Below are positions 22,411 through 35,462 of a stretch of 64,000 nucleotides of DNA, one piece after another. The notes under the pieces are model-generated. The model was not told where the DNA came from, ran no database searches, and saw nothing but the letters and a program-made list of their open reading frames with translations. Location: the NCBI GenBank assembly GCA_052327205.1, contig JBMRGM010000038.1, positions 40,362,001 through 40,426,000 of the forward strand. Direction: 5' to 3'. Both the position numbers and the translations under genes were made by a program. Every line of letters begins with the position of its first letter. Position 1 is the stretch's first letter. The DNA is from Somniosus microcephalus. Lineage: Eukaryota.

Positions 22411-23435
22411 CGACTGCCGTGGCAATAGTGGTTGGGAGCCCTCCCCACCCCACTGAGATCACCAAACCCGGCACAGTTTGGAGAATTTCAGCCCAGCACC
22501 TTCCTAAGCTGTTTAAGCCTGGGCCCGGTTGCTGAGTCAATCGGGGTTCAAGTGTTTTTGAAGGAAAGCTCTTTTGGATGGAGCTAAGGGGATAATGGCC
22601 TCTTCAGCACCGCAGGATAAGGAGGGGGTAAAATGAGCCAGGGGCCTCCTTCCTGATTGTTAGTCAGTAACTGCTGCTGGAAAGTGCATGTTTATGACGA
22701 GGAGACGATCAGGCTTGAGTGCGATGCCCGTCGCGGTTGAATAGAGCCTCAGAAGCTGCAGCTTAAAAGCAGGCTCCTGTCAAATTGATGCAATATGCTT
22801 GTGCTAACACCTGTTGCAATGCATCCATGCTCACCAAAAGTAGGGGATTGCTTAAATTTAAAGTATGCCTAACTTAAACAGCTGTGGCAACACCATGTGA
22901 TGCAGCTGTTCTTTTACTTTGTATTGTGTGAAGTTTCTCTAATTCCACTCGGATGGAGCGACCCAAGTCTGAGGCTGAGATTTATCTGGTTCTCTGCTCA
23001 CCAGCTGTGATTTGTGAGTTGGTCTGCCTGGGACTGAAGCACTTATTTTGCAATGCAGTGTGTGAGTAATCTGTGGCATGAATTCTGTTAAGCGTGGTAT
23101 GTTTTGCAAGGAACTGGTGACTTTGAACCTATGGTTGCAAAAGCTTTTCACCGCTATCGCCTCTGAGTCAGATGGTCGTGTGGGTTTAAGTTCCAATCCA
23201 GAGATTTAAGCATGTAATTTAGGCTGACACGTCGGTATAGTAGTGAGGGAGTACTGCACTGTTAAGAGCTGGTGAGATATTAATCAGATGTGGCTTTCGT
23301 TGCCTCATGTCGGAGCCCGTTTTAGTACTAATTAGAGATTGATTGCCATGACTAGTCATCGACTCCACTATGATTGTATCACACGATTACCAGGATGGTA
23401 GGAGGTAAACTAGTTGGACCTTGTTCTTTAGTCTA

Positions 23436-23895
23436 AGATGAGAGGGTTGTCCTATGAGGAGAGGCTGAGTAGATTGGACCTATACTCTCTGGCGATTAGA
23501 AGAATGAGAGGTGATCTCATTGAAATGTTTCAGATTCTGAGGGGGATTGACAGGGTAGATGCTGAGAGGCTGTTTCCCCTGGCTGGAGTGTCTAGAACTA
23601 GGGGGCATAGTCTCAGGATAAAGGGTCGGCCATTTAAGACTGAGATGAGGAGGAATTTCTTCACTCAGAGGGTTGTGAATCTTTGGAATTCTCTACCCCA
23701 GAGGGCTGTGGATGCTCAGTCTTTGAGCATATCCAAGACTGAGATCGATCGATTTTTGGACTCTAGGGGAATGAAGGGATATAGGGAATAGAGCAGGAAA
23801 GTGGAGTTGAGGTCGAAGATCAGCCATGATCTGACTGAATGGTGGAGCGGGCTCGAGGGGCCAAATGGCCTACTCCTGCTCTTAATTCTTATCTT
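23436..23895 (+). mobile_element. CR1 LINE 3' end
   Basis: ORF 23438-23791 is a CR1 ORF2 C-terminus. Confidence 0.85.
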
Positions 23896-24533
23896 CTAGC
23901 AATTCCTTTGTTCCGAACCCCAGCATAAATCTCTGCCTCGATTTGACAAAGTCGTCGAATGATGATTTGAAGTTGTTGCTTGCGCTGGCAAAAGTTGAAC
24001 TTTAAGCATCTTTTGAAGTAAGAGGAATCGACTTGCATGCATTCACCCAGTGGATCCTGTTTGGCTGGTTGAAGGGATCTAATTTCTGCCTTGCTCAGAA
24101 CTACCAGCGGAGATAATTATGGTCTAAAATATGCTGCTACTCTAGACTGAGAAGAGTATTTGGGAGGGGGAATGGGGAAAAAAAAGTACAAAAATGAAGC
24201 TTTAAAAGTAATGTTTTTCTTCCTAATCCTTTGGTAGGACGTGTTTGTTCTGGGTGTTTATGGTGATGGGTGTAACAAAGTGCTGTGACATAGAGGTAGA
24301 TTGTGATTTGCTTTTTCCCCCCCCCCCCCACCTCCACACACACCTTTCCGTGAGTAACAGGAAGTGAGAGAAAAAAAACTGGATGAATCAGTCAGTCACC
24401 ACCCTATGTTTTTATTGTTAACACCACCTAGCTTCACTGGCAAGGCCGGCATTTATTGCCCATCCCTAGCTGCTGGTTACTAAGCAACGCTCTTGCGACC
24501 TGGAAGCGGATTACTTGCAGTCAAAAGTCAGGC

Positions 24534-24555
24534 ATGAAGGCCAGAGGAAGGAAAG
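24534..24555 (+). CDS. Candidate upstream coding micro-exon (MKARGRK, phase 1) of the MB21D2-like gene
   Basis: ATG at 24534; strong donor AAG|GTAAGG after 24555; joining to the acceptor at 26378 gives G+AC (Asp) in frame with ATG 26381. Confidence 0.35.
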
Positions 24556-25449
24556 GTAAGGGATAAACTGTGGGGAGGTTCGAAGCTCTTCTGGAAAGCC
24601 CAGGGGGGCTGTATGAAAGAGATTGCTCGCTCTTTTAAACTGTTTTTGAGTTTACTTGCAAATGTTTGCATTACTTTTTGTTATTAAACCATGTCGAACC
24701 CCTCCAGCCAAGGAAAACTGGTCCTCTGGCCAGTGGTCACTGTTGCAACAGCTACAAAGGTGGTGGGGTGGGGTGGGGGGGGAGAAAGAAAGAAATTGGA
24801 TTTATATAGCTCGAAACGTCCCAAAGCGCTTCACAGCCAATGAAGTACTTTTGAAGCGTGGCCACTGTTATAATGTAGGGAAATGCGGCAGCCAATTTGC
24901 GCACAGCAAGCTCCCACAGAGCAAGAACAATAACTGGTATTTATATAGTGGCTTTAATGTAATAAAACGTTCCAAGGCCCTTCACGGGAGCTTTACAAAA
25001 CAAAGTTTGACACCGAGCCACATAAGGAGATATTGGGACAGGACACCGAAGAGAACTCCCCTGCTCCTCTTTGAATAGTGTCAGGGGATCTTTTACGTCC
25101 ACCCGAGAGGGCAGACGGAATCTCGGTTTAATGTTTCAGCTGAAAAACTGCACCTCCAACAGTGCGGCGCTCCCTCAGTACTGCACAGAAGTGTCAGCTG
25201 AGATTCTGTGCTCGGGTCCTGCTCCAGATTGGTATCCAGGGACCCCCCACTTGACAATGCATTTATGTGGACATCTGGTGAGAATTGGAATTGTCGTTTT
25301 TCTCCCCCTCCCACCACTCAAACAACCTGCCAATACTCGCCATCAGGGCTCACTCCTGAATAAAGGCAATGAAGACAATTGGTGTTTGTACCTCTTCAAG
25401 AAGCCAATGGCATCAGGAGAGGAGTGTTCCAAAGCAAGCAACCTCTTGT

Positions 25450-25870
25450 AAAAGCAGAGAATGCTGGGCAACACTCGGCAGGTCAGGCAGCATCTGCGGA
25501 GAGAGAAACAGAGCTAACGCCTCGGGCCAATGATCCTTCGTCAGAACTGGATAAAGTTCGAGATGTAACCGGTATTAAGCAAAGATGCGGAGGCTGGGAA
25601 AGGGGGGGGTGGAGGGGAGAAAGAACAAAAAGGAAGGTCTGAGGTAGGTTGGAAGGCAGGAGAGGTTTAAAAGATAGAAGGGGTGATGGTGCGAGGCAAA
25701 AAGGGGGTGGTAATGGGACAGGTAAAGGAACAAAAGATGGGTCTGGAGGAGGTGTAAATGGGAGCGGCTGAATCATCACCAACAGCTGCCGTCCGAAAAA
25801 AAAATGGGAGCCGTGGTTTCGATCTAAAATTGTTGAACTCGATGTTGAGCCTGGAAGGCTGTAAAGTACC
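25450..25870 (-). mobile_element. Penelope-like element 3' fragment / pLTR
   Basis: GTLQPSRLNIEFNNFRS terminus as in 32240-32350 and 34653-34883. Confidence 0.75.
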
Positions 25871-26380
25871 TGTTGTACTTCGCCCAGTCACACTCCAGAT
25901 TGCCCCTGCAGTGTTGCGGACTATAGCACTGGCTACGGTTTAGTGGGTGGGTGTTCACTGGGACTCCTGTAACCAGGACGATTGGGTAGGATTTTCTGAT
26001 TGGAGCTCAAATCGCTAAGTTCGACTTTTTGTTGTTGTTTGTTTTGCTCTCGCAGAACCTCGCAATGAAGAGCTTTGATTCTCCATACCTGTGTCACCCA
26101 GGGCGACAAAAAAGAGGCTCCTTCGCTCGCCCTGTAATTGTAGCATTCGCCTCAAATCTCAGGAAGTAAAATAGAAACCGAATTCACCTCAACTCTGACG
26201 CTTCGCGCTTCCTATTGTGGGTGCTGAATTCCTGAGATGATCGCAGGACTTTGAATGAGACTTGATTCCTTGATCCTGCTCCTGGCTTGTAAGGCTGCGT
26301 TGAAATCTCTTTTTTTTTTTTTTTCCTCCTGGGTGCGATTTTTATTTTGCCGCTACTCTTCGACCCGTCGGATTCCAGAC

Positions 26381-26588
26381 ATGACGTCTTTGGCCGGCAA
26401 GGACGCTGCGCCGGGCGCCAAGCCGGCCTTTGCCAAACCGTTGAACGACTTGGATTTCCACTCGGGGGCCCGGATCGAGGAGATTACCAAGCTGATCCAG
26501 GAGTTCGGCAAGCACGAGCTGAGGGACTTCGATGATCAGCGAGCGCTGGAGGTGCACACGGCCAAGGACTTCATCTTCTCCATGCTGG
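26381..26588 (+). CDS. MB21D2: MB21D2-like nucleotidyltransferase, first main coding exon
   Basis: MTSLAGKD...KPAFAKPLNDLDFHSGARIEEITKLIQEFGKHELRDFDDQRALEVHTAKDFIFSMLG resembles the MB21D2 N-terminus (LDFRSGARVEELNKLIQEF...QRALEIHTAKDFIFSMLG, recalled); acceptor ttccag ends 26378; phase-1 donor G|GTGAGT. Confidence 0.92.
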
Positions 26589-26627
26589 GTGAGTCAACAC
26601 CATCCAGAGAAAGAAAGGCTTGCATTA

Positions 26628-27400
26628 AACATAGAAATATAGAAGATGGGAGCAGGAGTAGGCCTTTCGGCCCCTCGAGCCTGCTCCACCATTCGATCAT
26701 GGCTGATCATCCAAATTCAGTACCCTGTCCCTGCCTTCTCCCCATATCCCTTGATCCCTTTAGCCTTAAGAAATATATCCAACTCCTTCTTGAATATATT
26801 TAATGAACTGGCCTCTACTGCCTTCTGTGGTCGAGAATTCCACAGGTTCACCACTCTCTGGGTGAAGAAATTCCTCCTCATCTCTGTCCTAAATGGCTTA
26901 CCCCTTATCCTTAGATTGTGACCCCTGGTTCTGGACTCCCCGACCATCGGGAACATCCTTCCTGCATCTAGTCTGTCCAGGCCTGACAGAATTTTATAAG
27001 TTTCAATGAGATCCCCTCATTCTTCTAAACTCCAGCGAGTATAAGCCCAATCGACCCAATCTCTCCTCATACGTCATTCCTGCCATCCCAGGTATCAGTC
27101 TGGTGAATCTTCGCTGCACTCCCTCCATGGCAAGAACATCCTTCCTCAGATAAGGCGACCAAAACTGCACACACTACTCAAGGTGTGGCCTCACCAAGGC
27201 CCTGTACAACTGCAGCAAGACATCCTTGTTCCTGTACTCGAGCCCCCTCGCTATGAAGGCCAACATACCATTTGCCTTCTTAACCGCCTGCTGCACCTGC
27301 ATGCTCACCTTCAGCGACTGGTGCACAAGGACACCCAGGTCTCGTTGTACTTCCCCTTCTCCCAATCTATTGCCATTCAAATAATAATCTGCCTTCCTGT
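26628..27400 (-). mobile_element. CR1 LINE, 5'-truncated, intronic
   Basis: Same young subfamily as 10256-11640; starts 40 bp after the exon donor. Confidence 0.9.
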
Positions 27401-27946
27401 TTACCTCCGGACGTCCCAAAGCACTTTGCAGCCAATGAGATACTTTTGAAGTGCAGTCGCTGTTGTAATGTAGGAAACGCAGCAGCCAAATTGCGCACCG
27501 CAAGCTCCCACAAACAGCAATGTGTTTTCGTGATGTTGATTGAGGGATAAATATTGGCCAGGACACCGGGGAGAACTCAGCTGCCCTTCTTCGAAAATTT
27601 TTTTAAAATTCGTTCTTGGGATGTGGGCATCGTTGGCAAGGCCGGCATTTATTGCCCGTCCCTAGTTGCGAAGGTGGTGGTGAGCCGCCCTTCTTGAACC
27701 GCAGAGGGCAGTTAAGAGTCAACCACATTGCTGTGGGTCTGGAGCCACACACGTCCCTGGTGTTGTTTCGTGAGTCATTTCCACGTGAATGGCAAGATTC
27801 ATGTCATATTTTAATTCACTTATTCCTTGGTGTTGCATCGGGTGGCCCCAGATTGGATCGCCGGGGGGGAAGGGGGTACAGTGTGGGGGTGGGGTGGTGG
27901 GGGCAATGAATACAGGTAGAAAGAAAAAGTTAACACCTGTCACACC

Positions 27947-28280
27947 TGATGTTCCCGATGGTCGGGGAGTCCAGAACCAGGGGTCACAGTTTAAGGATAA
28001 GGGGTAAGCCATTTAGGACAGAGATGAGGAGGAATTTCTTCACCCAGAGAGTGGTGAACCTGTGGAATTCTCTACCACACACGGCAGTAGAGACCAATAC
28101 ATTAAATATATTCAAGAAGGAGTTGGATATATTTCTTAAGGCTAAAGGGATCAAGGGGTATGGGAAGAAAGCAGGGACAGGGTACTGAATGTGGATGATC
28201 AGCCATGATCGCATTGAATGGCGGAGCAGGCTCGAGGGGCCGAATGGCCTACTCCTGCTCCTATCTTCTATGTTTCTATA
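27947..28280 (+). mobile_element. CR1 LINE 3' end
   Basis: ORF 27949-28188 and TATGTTTC tail. Confidence 0.9.
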
Positions 28281-28534
28281 CAGGCCAGACCAGGTAAGGA
28301 TGGCAGATCTCCTTCCCTAAAGGGACATTAGTGAACCAGATGGGTCTTTATGACAATCCAGTAGTTTCATGATGCTAGCTTTTTATTCCAGATTTATTTA
28401 ATTAATAATTGAATTTAAATTCCCCATCTGCCTGTGGTGGGATTTGAACTCACGTCGCCAGATCATTAATCTAGGCCTCTGGATTACCAGTCCAGTATCA
28501 TAACCACTATGCTACCGTACCCATTAGCGCCATG

Positions 28535-29260
28535 CGTCCACCTGAGAGAGCAGAGGGGGGCCTCAGTTTACCGTCTCATCCGAAAGACGGCCCCTCCGAC
28601 AGTGCAGCGCTCCCTCAGCACTGGCACTGGGAGCGTCGGCCTAGAGTTTTGTGCTCAAGTCTCTGGAGTGGGACTTGAACCCACGACCCTGTGACTCGGA
28701 GGTGAGAGGGTGCTGCTACCCACTGAGCAGCGGGTGACGCAATGTCAGTGCGTCTGTGGGAATGAAGTGGGGGGGGGGGTGGGGGGCACGTACGGCAGTG
28801 TTGTGGCTACGGCACCACACTAACATGAGCTCCTCTCCCAGTTGTACATCGAAATTACAAGATGGAAACAGGCCGGAGGATAAACACAGGTTGGTGTTTA
28901 TCTTCTGCGCGCGCAGTCGTGCTAATCCCCTGTGCCCGCCCTGTTCCCATATCCCTGCCGTCTTTCGGATGAGACATTAAACCGAGGCCCCGTCTGCGCG
29001 CTCAGGTGGACATATAAGATCCCATGGCCGCTATTTCGAAGAGGAGTCCTGGGGCCAATATTTATCCCTCAATCAACATCACTAAAACAGATGATCTGGT
29101 CATTATCACATTGCTGTTTGTGGGAGCTTGCTGTGTGCAAATTGGCTGCCGGGTTTCCCACATTACAACAGTGACTCCACTTCAAAAAGTACTTCATTGG
29201 CTGTAAAGTGCTTTGGGACGTCCTGAGATGGTGAAAGGCGCTATAGAAATGCAAGTCTTT
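28535..29260. mobile_element. Deu-type SINE fragments (- 28535-28740, + 28955-29260)
   Basis: Similarity to 44152-44620. Confidence 0.7.
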
Positions 29261-30714
29261 TAATGTTAGATGAAGAGGGGTGGGCGGAGGTGCGTGTGGA
29301 GCCTAAACACCGGCATGGACCAGTTAGACCGAACGGCCTGTTTCTGTGCTGTACATTCTCTGCAGGAATCTCGATGGGGAGCATGTGTTGGTAAGATTGC
29401 CACCCAAAGGGAGACCAGACTCTGGAGGAATTTCTCTTCTCTGCTTTCGAGCACCTTAACGGCGTCGGGTGAGATTCTGAGGCGTAAGTGCGGGAGGGAA
29501 TTCGGCCGCAGTCCCTGTGCCGTTCAGTTCAGAATTAAAACCTCCTTTCAACGCGGAGGCGCTCGTGTTTGCCAGCGGTTACTGTCACCGCTGAGAGAAA
29601 GGACTGCGTAGAAGAGACATGCCTCTGGGTGGGTGGTCACATACTTGAGAGGTGAGCAGTCTAAGGGAATTTTGCAGGCGGATTGTAGCTGAACCCTAGG
29701 GACAGTCACCAAATCACCTTTTGCTTGAATGGTGCATTGCTCCCAGCACACACACACAGCTGTACTGGAGGCGATGCCAGTGTACTCTCCGCCAAGTACT
29801 AGTGACATTACAAAAAAAAAATTATCGTAGCTTCCCTACTGTTTTGAGTTCAATATATTTATGGATTGTCCCTCTGACATTGACTGAGTTCAGTGAACTC
29901 TGCTTCGATCACGAATCGAACTTGGGAAGTGTTGCCCATCCCTAGTTGGCGTGAGAAGGCGGCAGTGGTAACTTAAGTGGCTTTTTAGGCCACTTCAAGG
30001 GGCAGGTCCGAGTCAACCCCGTTGGTGTGGGACTGGAGTCACGTGCAGGCCGCGCCGGGGTAAGGATGCCTGTTTTCCCTCCCTGAACGCCGTTCGTGAA
30101 CCAGTTGGGTTTTACGACAGCCCGCCAGATTCCCGGTCACACTTGCTGGAGGTGAATTTCCACGGAGGATGTTCCGTACGAACCACGTGAAAATGGCGGA
30201 TAGGAAAGGCCCACTGGATCGTGGAGCCTGTCCTGTAGAGTCGCGAGGCCTTATTCATCACTTCCCAGCCCAACCCCTCCAGGTAATCTCCTGGGAGAGG
30301 CGGAAAAAACATTTAAAAAACCCAGGCCAATTGGGGAGGGTGGGGGAAATCTGGACAATTCCTCTCCGCTCCCTCTCCCCAGGCGCTCGAAACTAGTCCA
30401 GGAGGTCACATTGACCCCGATTTTATAATATAGGATACCCACCTCTTGTATGAGGTGATCTCCGCCCCAGCCAGAAACGGGTTCAGCTCTCGCTTGCAGG
30501 AGTTGAGAGAGTCGGTGTCCATCGCACGAGCTGGCAGCCTGTTCCACAGGTTCACTATTCTCTGGGAAAAGAAGAACTGCCGAACATTCAACCTAGTTCT
30601 GCCCTTGCATGACCCCCCCCTTCCCCCTCCTCCCCACCCCCTGGCCCGCCCTCAACCTAACCAGTTGAAATAATTAGTTTGCACCCACACAATCCAGTCC
30701 CTTCATTATTTTCT

Positions 30715-31665
30715 AGACGAGGGAACTAGATGTAATATCTCCAAGTTTGCAGATGACACAAAGCTGGGTGGGCGTGTGTGCTGTGAGGAGGATGCAGAGA
30801 AACTCCAGTATGATTTGGACAGGTTCGGTCATTGGGCTGATGCATGGCAGATGCAATATAACGTGGATAAATGTGAGGTTATCCACTTTGGTGGCAAAAA
30901 CAGGAAGACAGATTATTATCTGAACGGCAATAGATTGGGAAAAGGGGAAGTGCAACGAGACCTGGGTGTCTTTGTGCGCCAGTCGCTGAAGGTAAGCATG
31001 CAGGTGCAGCAGGCGGTTAAGAAGGCAAATGGGTTGTTGGCCTTCATAGCGAGAGGATTCGAGTACAGGAACAAAGATGTCTTGCTGCAGTTGTGTGTGA
31101 GACCACACCTTGAGTATTATGTGCAGTTTTGGTCGCCTCATCTGAGGAAGGATGTTCTTGCCATGGAGGGAGTGCAGCGAAGATTCACCAGACTGATACC
31201 TGGGATGGCAGGAATGACGTATGAGGAGAGATTGGGTCCATTAGGCTTATATTCACTGGAGTTTAGAAGAATGAGAGGGGATCTCATTGAAACTTATAAA
31301 ATTCTAACAGGACTAGACAGACTAGATGCAGGAAGGATGTTCCCGATGGCGGGGGAGTCCAGAACCAGGGGTCACAGTCTAAGGATAAGGGGTAAGCCAT
31401 TTAGGACAGAAATGAGGAGGAATTTCTTCACCCAGAGAGTGGTGAACCTGTGGAATTCTCTACCACAGAAGGCAGTAGAGGCCAATTCATTAAATATATT
31501 CAAGAAGGAGTTGGATATATTTCTTAAGGCTAAAGGGATCAAGGGATATGGGGAGAAGGCAGGGACAGGGTACTGAATTTGGATGATCAGCCATAATCTC
31601 ATTGAATGGCGGAGCAGGCTCGAGGGGCCGAATGGCCTACTCCTGCTCCTATCTTCTATGTTTCT
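30715..31665 (+). mobile_element. CR1 LINE, 5'-truncated
   Basis: ISKFADDTKLGG followed by the 266-aa ORF 30776-31576 and tail. Confidence 0.9.
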
Positions 31666-31924
31666 CGCAACCTCAATCAAGTCACTCCCGAGACTAGGGC
31701 TTTTCTAAAGTATGCAACGACTTGCATTCATATAGCACCGCTAACGTAGCAGGACGTCCCGAGGTGCTTCACAGGAGAGTAATCAGACAACATTTGACAC
31801 CGAACCACGCAAGAAGACAGGTGACCTTGGCCAAAGAGCTAAGTTTTAAGGAGTGACTTAAAGGAGGAGAGATTTAGGGAGGGAATTCCAGAGCCTGGGG
31901 CCGAGACAGCTGAAGGCCAGTACA

Positions 31925-33590
31925 AACCCAGCTCAGCAGGTCGGGCAGCATCTGTGGGGAGAGAAACCGAGTTCACGTTTCAGGCCGATGAGCTTTCGTC
32001 AGAACTGGCAAAAGTTAGAGGTGTGACAGGTTTTAAGCAAGCGCAGGGGCCGGGAAGGAGAGGAGGGGAGGAAAGAACAAAAGGGAAGGTCTGTGATAGG
32101 GTGGGAGGCAGGAGAGATTAAATGACGAAAGGGATGGTTGTACAAAGCAAAAGGAGACGGTAATGGGACAAGTAAAGAAACAAAAGATGGGTCTAGAGGA
32201 GGTGTAACTGGGAATGGCAGAATCATCAACAGCTGCCATCTGATAAAATGGGGCCAGAGGTTTTGGTCTGAAATTGTTCAACTCGATGTCGAGCCCAGAA
32301 GGCTGTAAAGTGCCTAATCGAAAGATGAGGTGCTGTTCCTCGAGCTTACGTTCAGCTTCGTTGGAACAGTGCAAGAGGTCGAGGACGGAGAGGTGGGAGT
32401 GGAAGCTTATGGACTGAATGGAGGTGTTCCGCAAAGGAGACCGCATCGTGAGCAGCAAACACCGTACACTAAATTGCAAGAAGTACAAGTAAATTGCTGT
32501 TTCACCTGGAGGGAGTGTTTGGGGCCCTGGACGATGGGAAGGGAGGAGGTAAAAGGGCAGGTGTTGCATCTCCTGCAGTTGCATGGGAAGGTGCCGTGGG
32601 AAGGGGAGGGGTTGTTGGGGGTGATTGAGGAGTGGACCAGGATGTCGCGAAGGGAACGGTCCTTTCTGAATGCTGGGAGGGGAGGGGAAGATGTGTTTGG
32701 TGGTGGGATCATGCTGGAGATGATGGAGGATGATCCATTGAATGTGGAGGCTGGTGGGGTGAAAGGTGAGGACAAGGGGAACCTTATTGTGGTTTTGGGA
32801 GGGAGGGGAAGGGGTGAGAGCAGAGGTGCGGGAAATGGAACGGACACGGTCGAGGGCTATGCCAACCACGGTAGAGGGGAATCCTCAGTTGAGGAAAAAG
32901 GAAGAGACATATCGGAAACACTAGTATGGAAGGACGCATTGTCCGAACAGATGAGACAGAGAAACTGAGAGAATGGAATAGAGTCCTTACAGGAAGCGGG
33001 TTGGGAGGAAGTGTAGTCCAGGTAGCTGTGGGAGTCAGTGGGCTTTTAGTGGATGTTTGTCAATAGCCTATCCCCAGAAATGGAGACGGAGAAGTCAAGG
33101 AAGAGTCGGAGATGGACCATGTGAGGGAAAGGTGGAAATTGGAAGCGGAGTGAATGAAATTTTCTACAGGAAACTCTCGATTTACCAGCACCTAAATAAC
33201 CGGAAATCTCGGTTAACCGGCAAAATTCAGGAGTAGGTTCAGGTAAGTTTTACTTCATATTACTTGCCTTCCTTGATTTGTTGCTGTGCAATGGGTGTGG
33301 CTGCAGCTGTTGCTAAGTTACAGAGACGCTTGGAACTTGTGGCCATTGTTCTGCACCTGTTGCTAAGCAACAGGGTTTGTTGCTTTATACGGAGCTCTCA
33401 GCTCCGTATCTTTTACTATAGCTTTCGGTTATCCGGAATTTTTGATGAACCGGCACCACGTCGGCCCTGTCGGTGCCGGATAAAAAAGAGTTTCCTGTAG
33501 TTGAGGGCGCGAGCAGGAAACGGCACCGATCCAGTCGTCACTGTACCGGAATAAAAGGTGAGGGAGGGGACCCGAGTAGGACTGGACCTC
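31925..33590 (-). mobile_element. Penelope-like retroelement (RT C-terminus and GIY-YIG endonuclease), decayed
   Basis: VPLVLTFHP, FRKDRSLRDILVHS, CNCRRCNTC, FTCTSCNLVY, LEEQHLIFRLGTLQPSGLDIE across frameshifted ORFs. Confidence 0.85.
33167..33497. mobile_element. Tc1/mariner (Tigger/pogo-like) MITE nested in the Penelope element
   Basis: TA|CAGGAAACTCT...AGAGTTTCCTG|TA; flanking Penelope sequence rejoins. Confidence 0.85.
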
Positions 33591-34381
33591 TTTTTGAGCC
33601 TATCTGAGCAACTAAGGCGTTTTAAACTGGGGAATTAATCTTGTGGCCCTTCTCTGCTCCCTTTCCACAGTCTCGCTGTCCCCGCTTTTATTCCCAGGCA
33701 GAATCTCCCCCACACACAAGTGCTAACCAGGCCTGACTCTCTTTGTCTGTTTAGCTTGCGAGAACAGGCGTTTGCAGAGCAGCGTGGGTTTCTCCCGCTC
33801 GGTCGCTGTCGCAATGTTTACGCCGTTTTTCCGAGATTTCCGTGGCTCTTCCGCCAAAAAAATTCCGACGGATGAGCGGGAGAACCCCCCTCCCACCCCA
33901 GAGAAAATTCACAGCCCTCGCTCTTTGCCACCCTCCTGGTGGGAGAGTGCGAGTGCAGCAGGAAGCGATTAGAGTGTAACTCAGTAAATCACCCAAATCG
34001 TGGAGTGTTGCAGCAGTTTGGCCCATCGAGTGTGTGGCTGTTTTATTTTCTCCTCGCACGCCGCCAGTCTAATGCCACTCCTCCTGCTGGCTGTCCTATC
34101 CCCATTTTTCATGTTTTTTTAAAGAAATCCCAGTTCCTCAATGATTCGTGTTTATATAATGGCCTTTTATGGCAGGGAAAGTGTTCCAAGATGTTTACCA
34201 GAGAGCTGAAGAAAACGAGACAGCGAGCCAAAGAAGGAGAGATTAGGAGGGGCGACTAAAAAGCTGGGTCAAAGCTTGGTTTTAAGAAGGGCCTTAATTT
34301 AAAAAAAAAAGAAAGTCTTGCATTTATATAGCACCTTTCAGGACGTTCCAAAGCACTTTACAGCCAATGAAGTACTTTTTG

Positions 34382-35462
34382 AAATAACAACAGAAAATGC
34401 TGGAAGCACTCGGCAGCCCAGGCAGCCTCCGTGGAGAGAGAAACAGAGTTAACGTTTCAGGTCTGGGACCCTTCATCAGAACTGGAAAAAGCTGGAGATG
34501 TAACAGATATTAAGCAGGTGCAGAGACAGGGGGGGCGAGGGGAGGGAGGAATTGAAAGAACATCCAGTACTTTTGTAAGAGGCAGGAAAGATAAAATGTT
34601 GCAAATGGCAGTGGCAAAAATCACACTGCATGAAAAATGGGGGCAGGGATAATTAACTGAAATTGTTGAACTCGATGTTGAGTCCGGTAGACTGCAAAGT
34701 GCCCAATCGAAAGATGAGGTGCTGTTCCTTGAAATTACGTTGAGCTTCACTGGAACAATGCAATAGCCCGAGGACAGAGAGATCAGAGTGGGAGTGAAGC
34801 GGTGAATTAAAGTGACAGGCGACCGGAAGCTCAGGGTCACCCTTACGGACTGAATGGAGGTGTTCCGCAAAGCGGTCGCCCAATCTGCGTTTGGTCTCCC
34901 CAATGTAGAGGAGACCGCATCGTGAGCAGCGAATACAGTAATATTAAATTGCAAGAAGTACAAGTAAATCGCTGTTTCACCCGGAAGGGGTGTTTGGGGC
35001 CCTGGATAGTGGGAAGGGAGGAGGTAAAAGGGCATGTGTTGCATCTCCTGCGCTTGCACGGGAAGGTGCCAGGTGAAGGAGAAGGGCTGTTGGGGGTGAT
35101 TTGAGGAGTGGACCAGGGTGTCGCGGAGGGAGCGGTCCCTTCGGAATGCTGAAAGGGGAGGTGAGGGGAAGATGTGTTTGGTGGTGGGATCACGTTGGAG
35201 GTGGCGGAAATGGTGGAGGATGATCTGTTGAATGTGGAGGCTGGTGGGGTGAAAGGTGAGGACAAGGGAAACTCTATCGTGGTTCTGGGAGGGAGGGGCA
35301 GGGGTGAGGGCAGAAGTGCGGGAAATAGAACGGACACGGTCAAGGGCCGTGTCAACCACTGTAGAGGGGAATCCTCGGTTGAGGAAAAAGGAAGACATGT
35401 CGGAAGCACTGGTATGGAAGGTGGCATCGTCAGAACAGACGCGACGGAGAAACTGGGAGAAT
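34382..35462 (-). mobile_element. Penelope-like retroelement 3' part with pLTR, inserted in a SINE tail
   Basis: GDRFAEHLHSVRK...VACHFNS...EQHLIFRLGTLQSTGLNIEFNNF (GIY-YIG C-terminus); AGTACTTTTTGAA repeated on both flanks. Confidence 0.85.
34447..34483 (-). ncRNA. Minimal type I hammerhead ribozyme motif in the Penelope pLTR
   Basis: Minus strand AGTT-CTGATGA-AGGGTC-CCA-GACCT-GAAA-CG-TT-AACT: intact core, stems I and II, palindromic stem III. Confidence 0.65.

Noticed and set aside
33750-34090. CpG-rich unique intronic segment with an acceptor-like site near 33754
   Set aside because: No matching donor or coherent frame; could be an enhancer, but the sequence alone does not support a call
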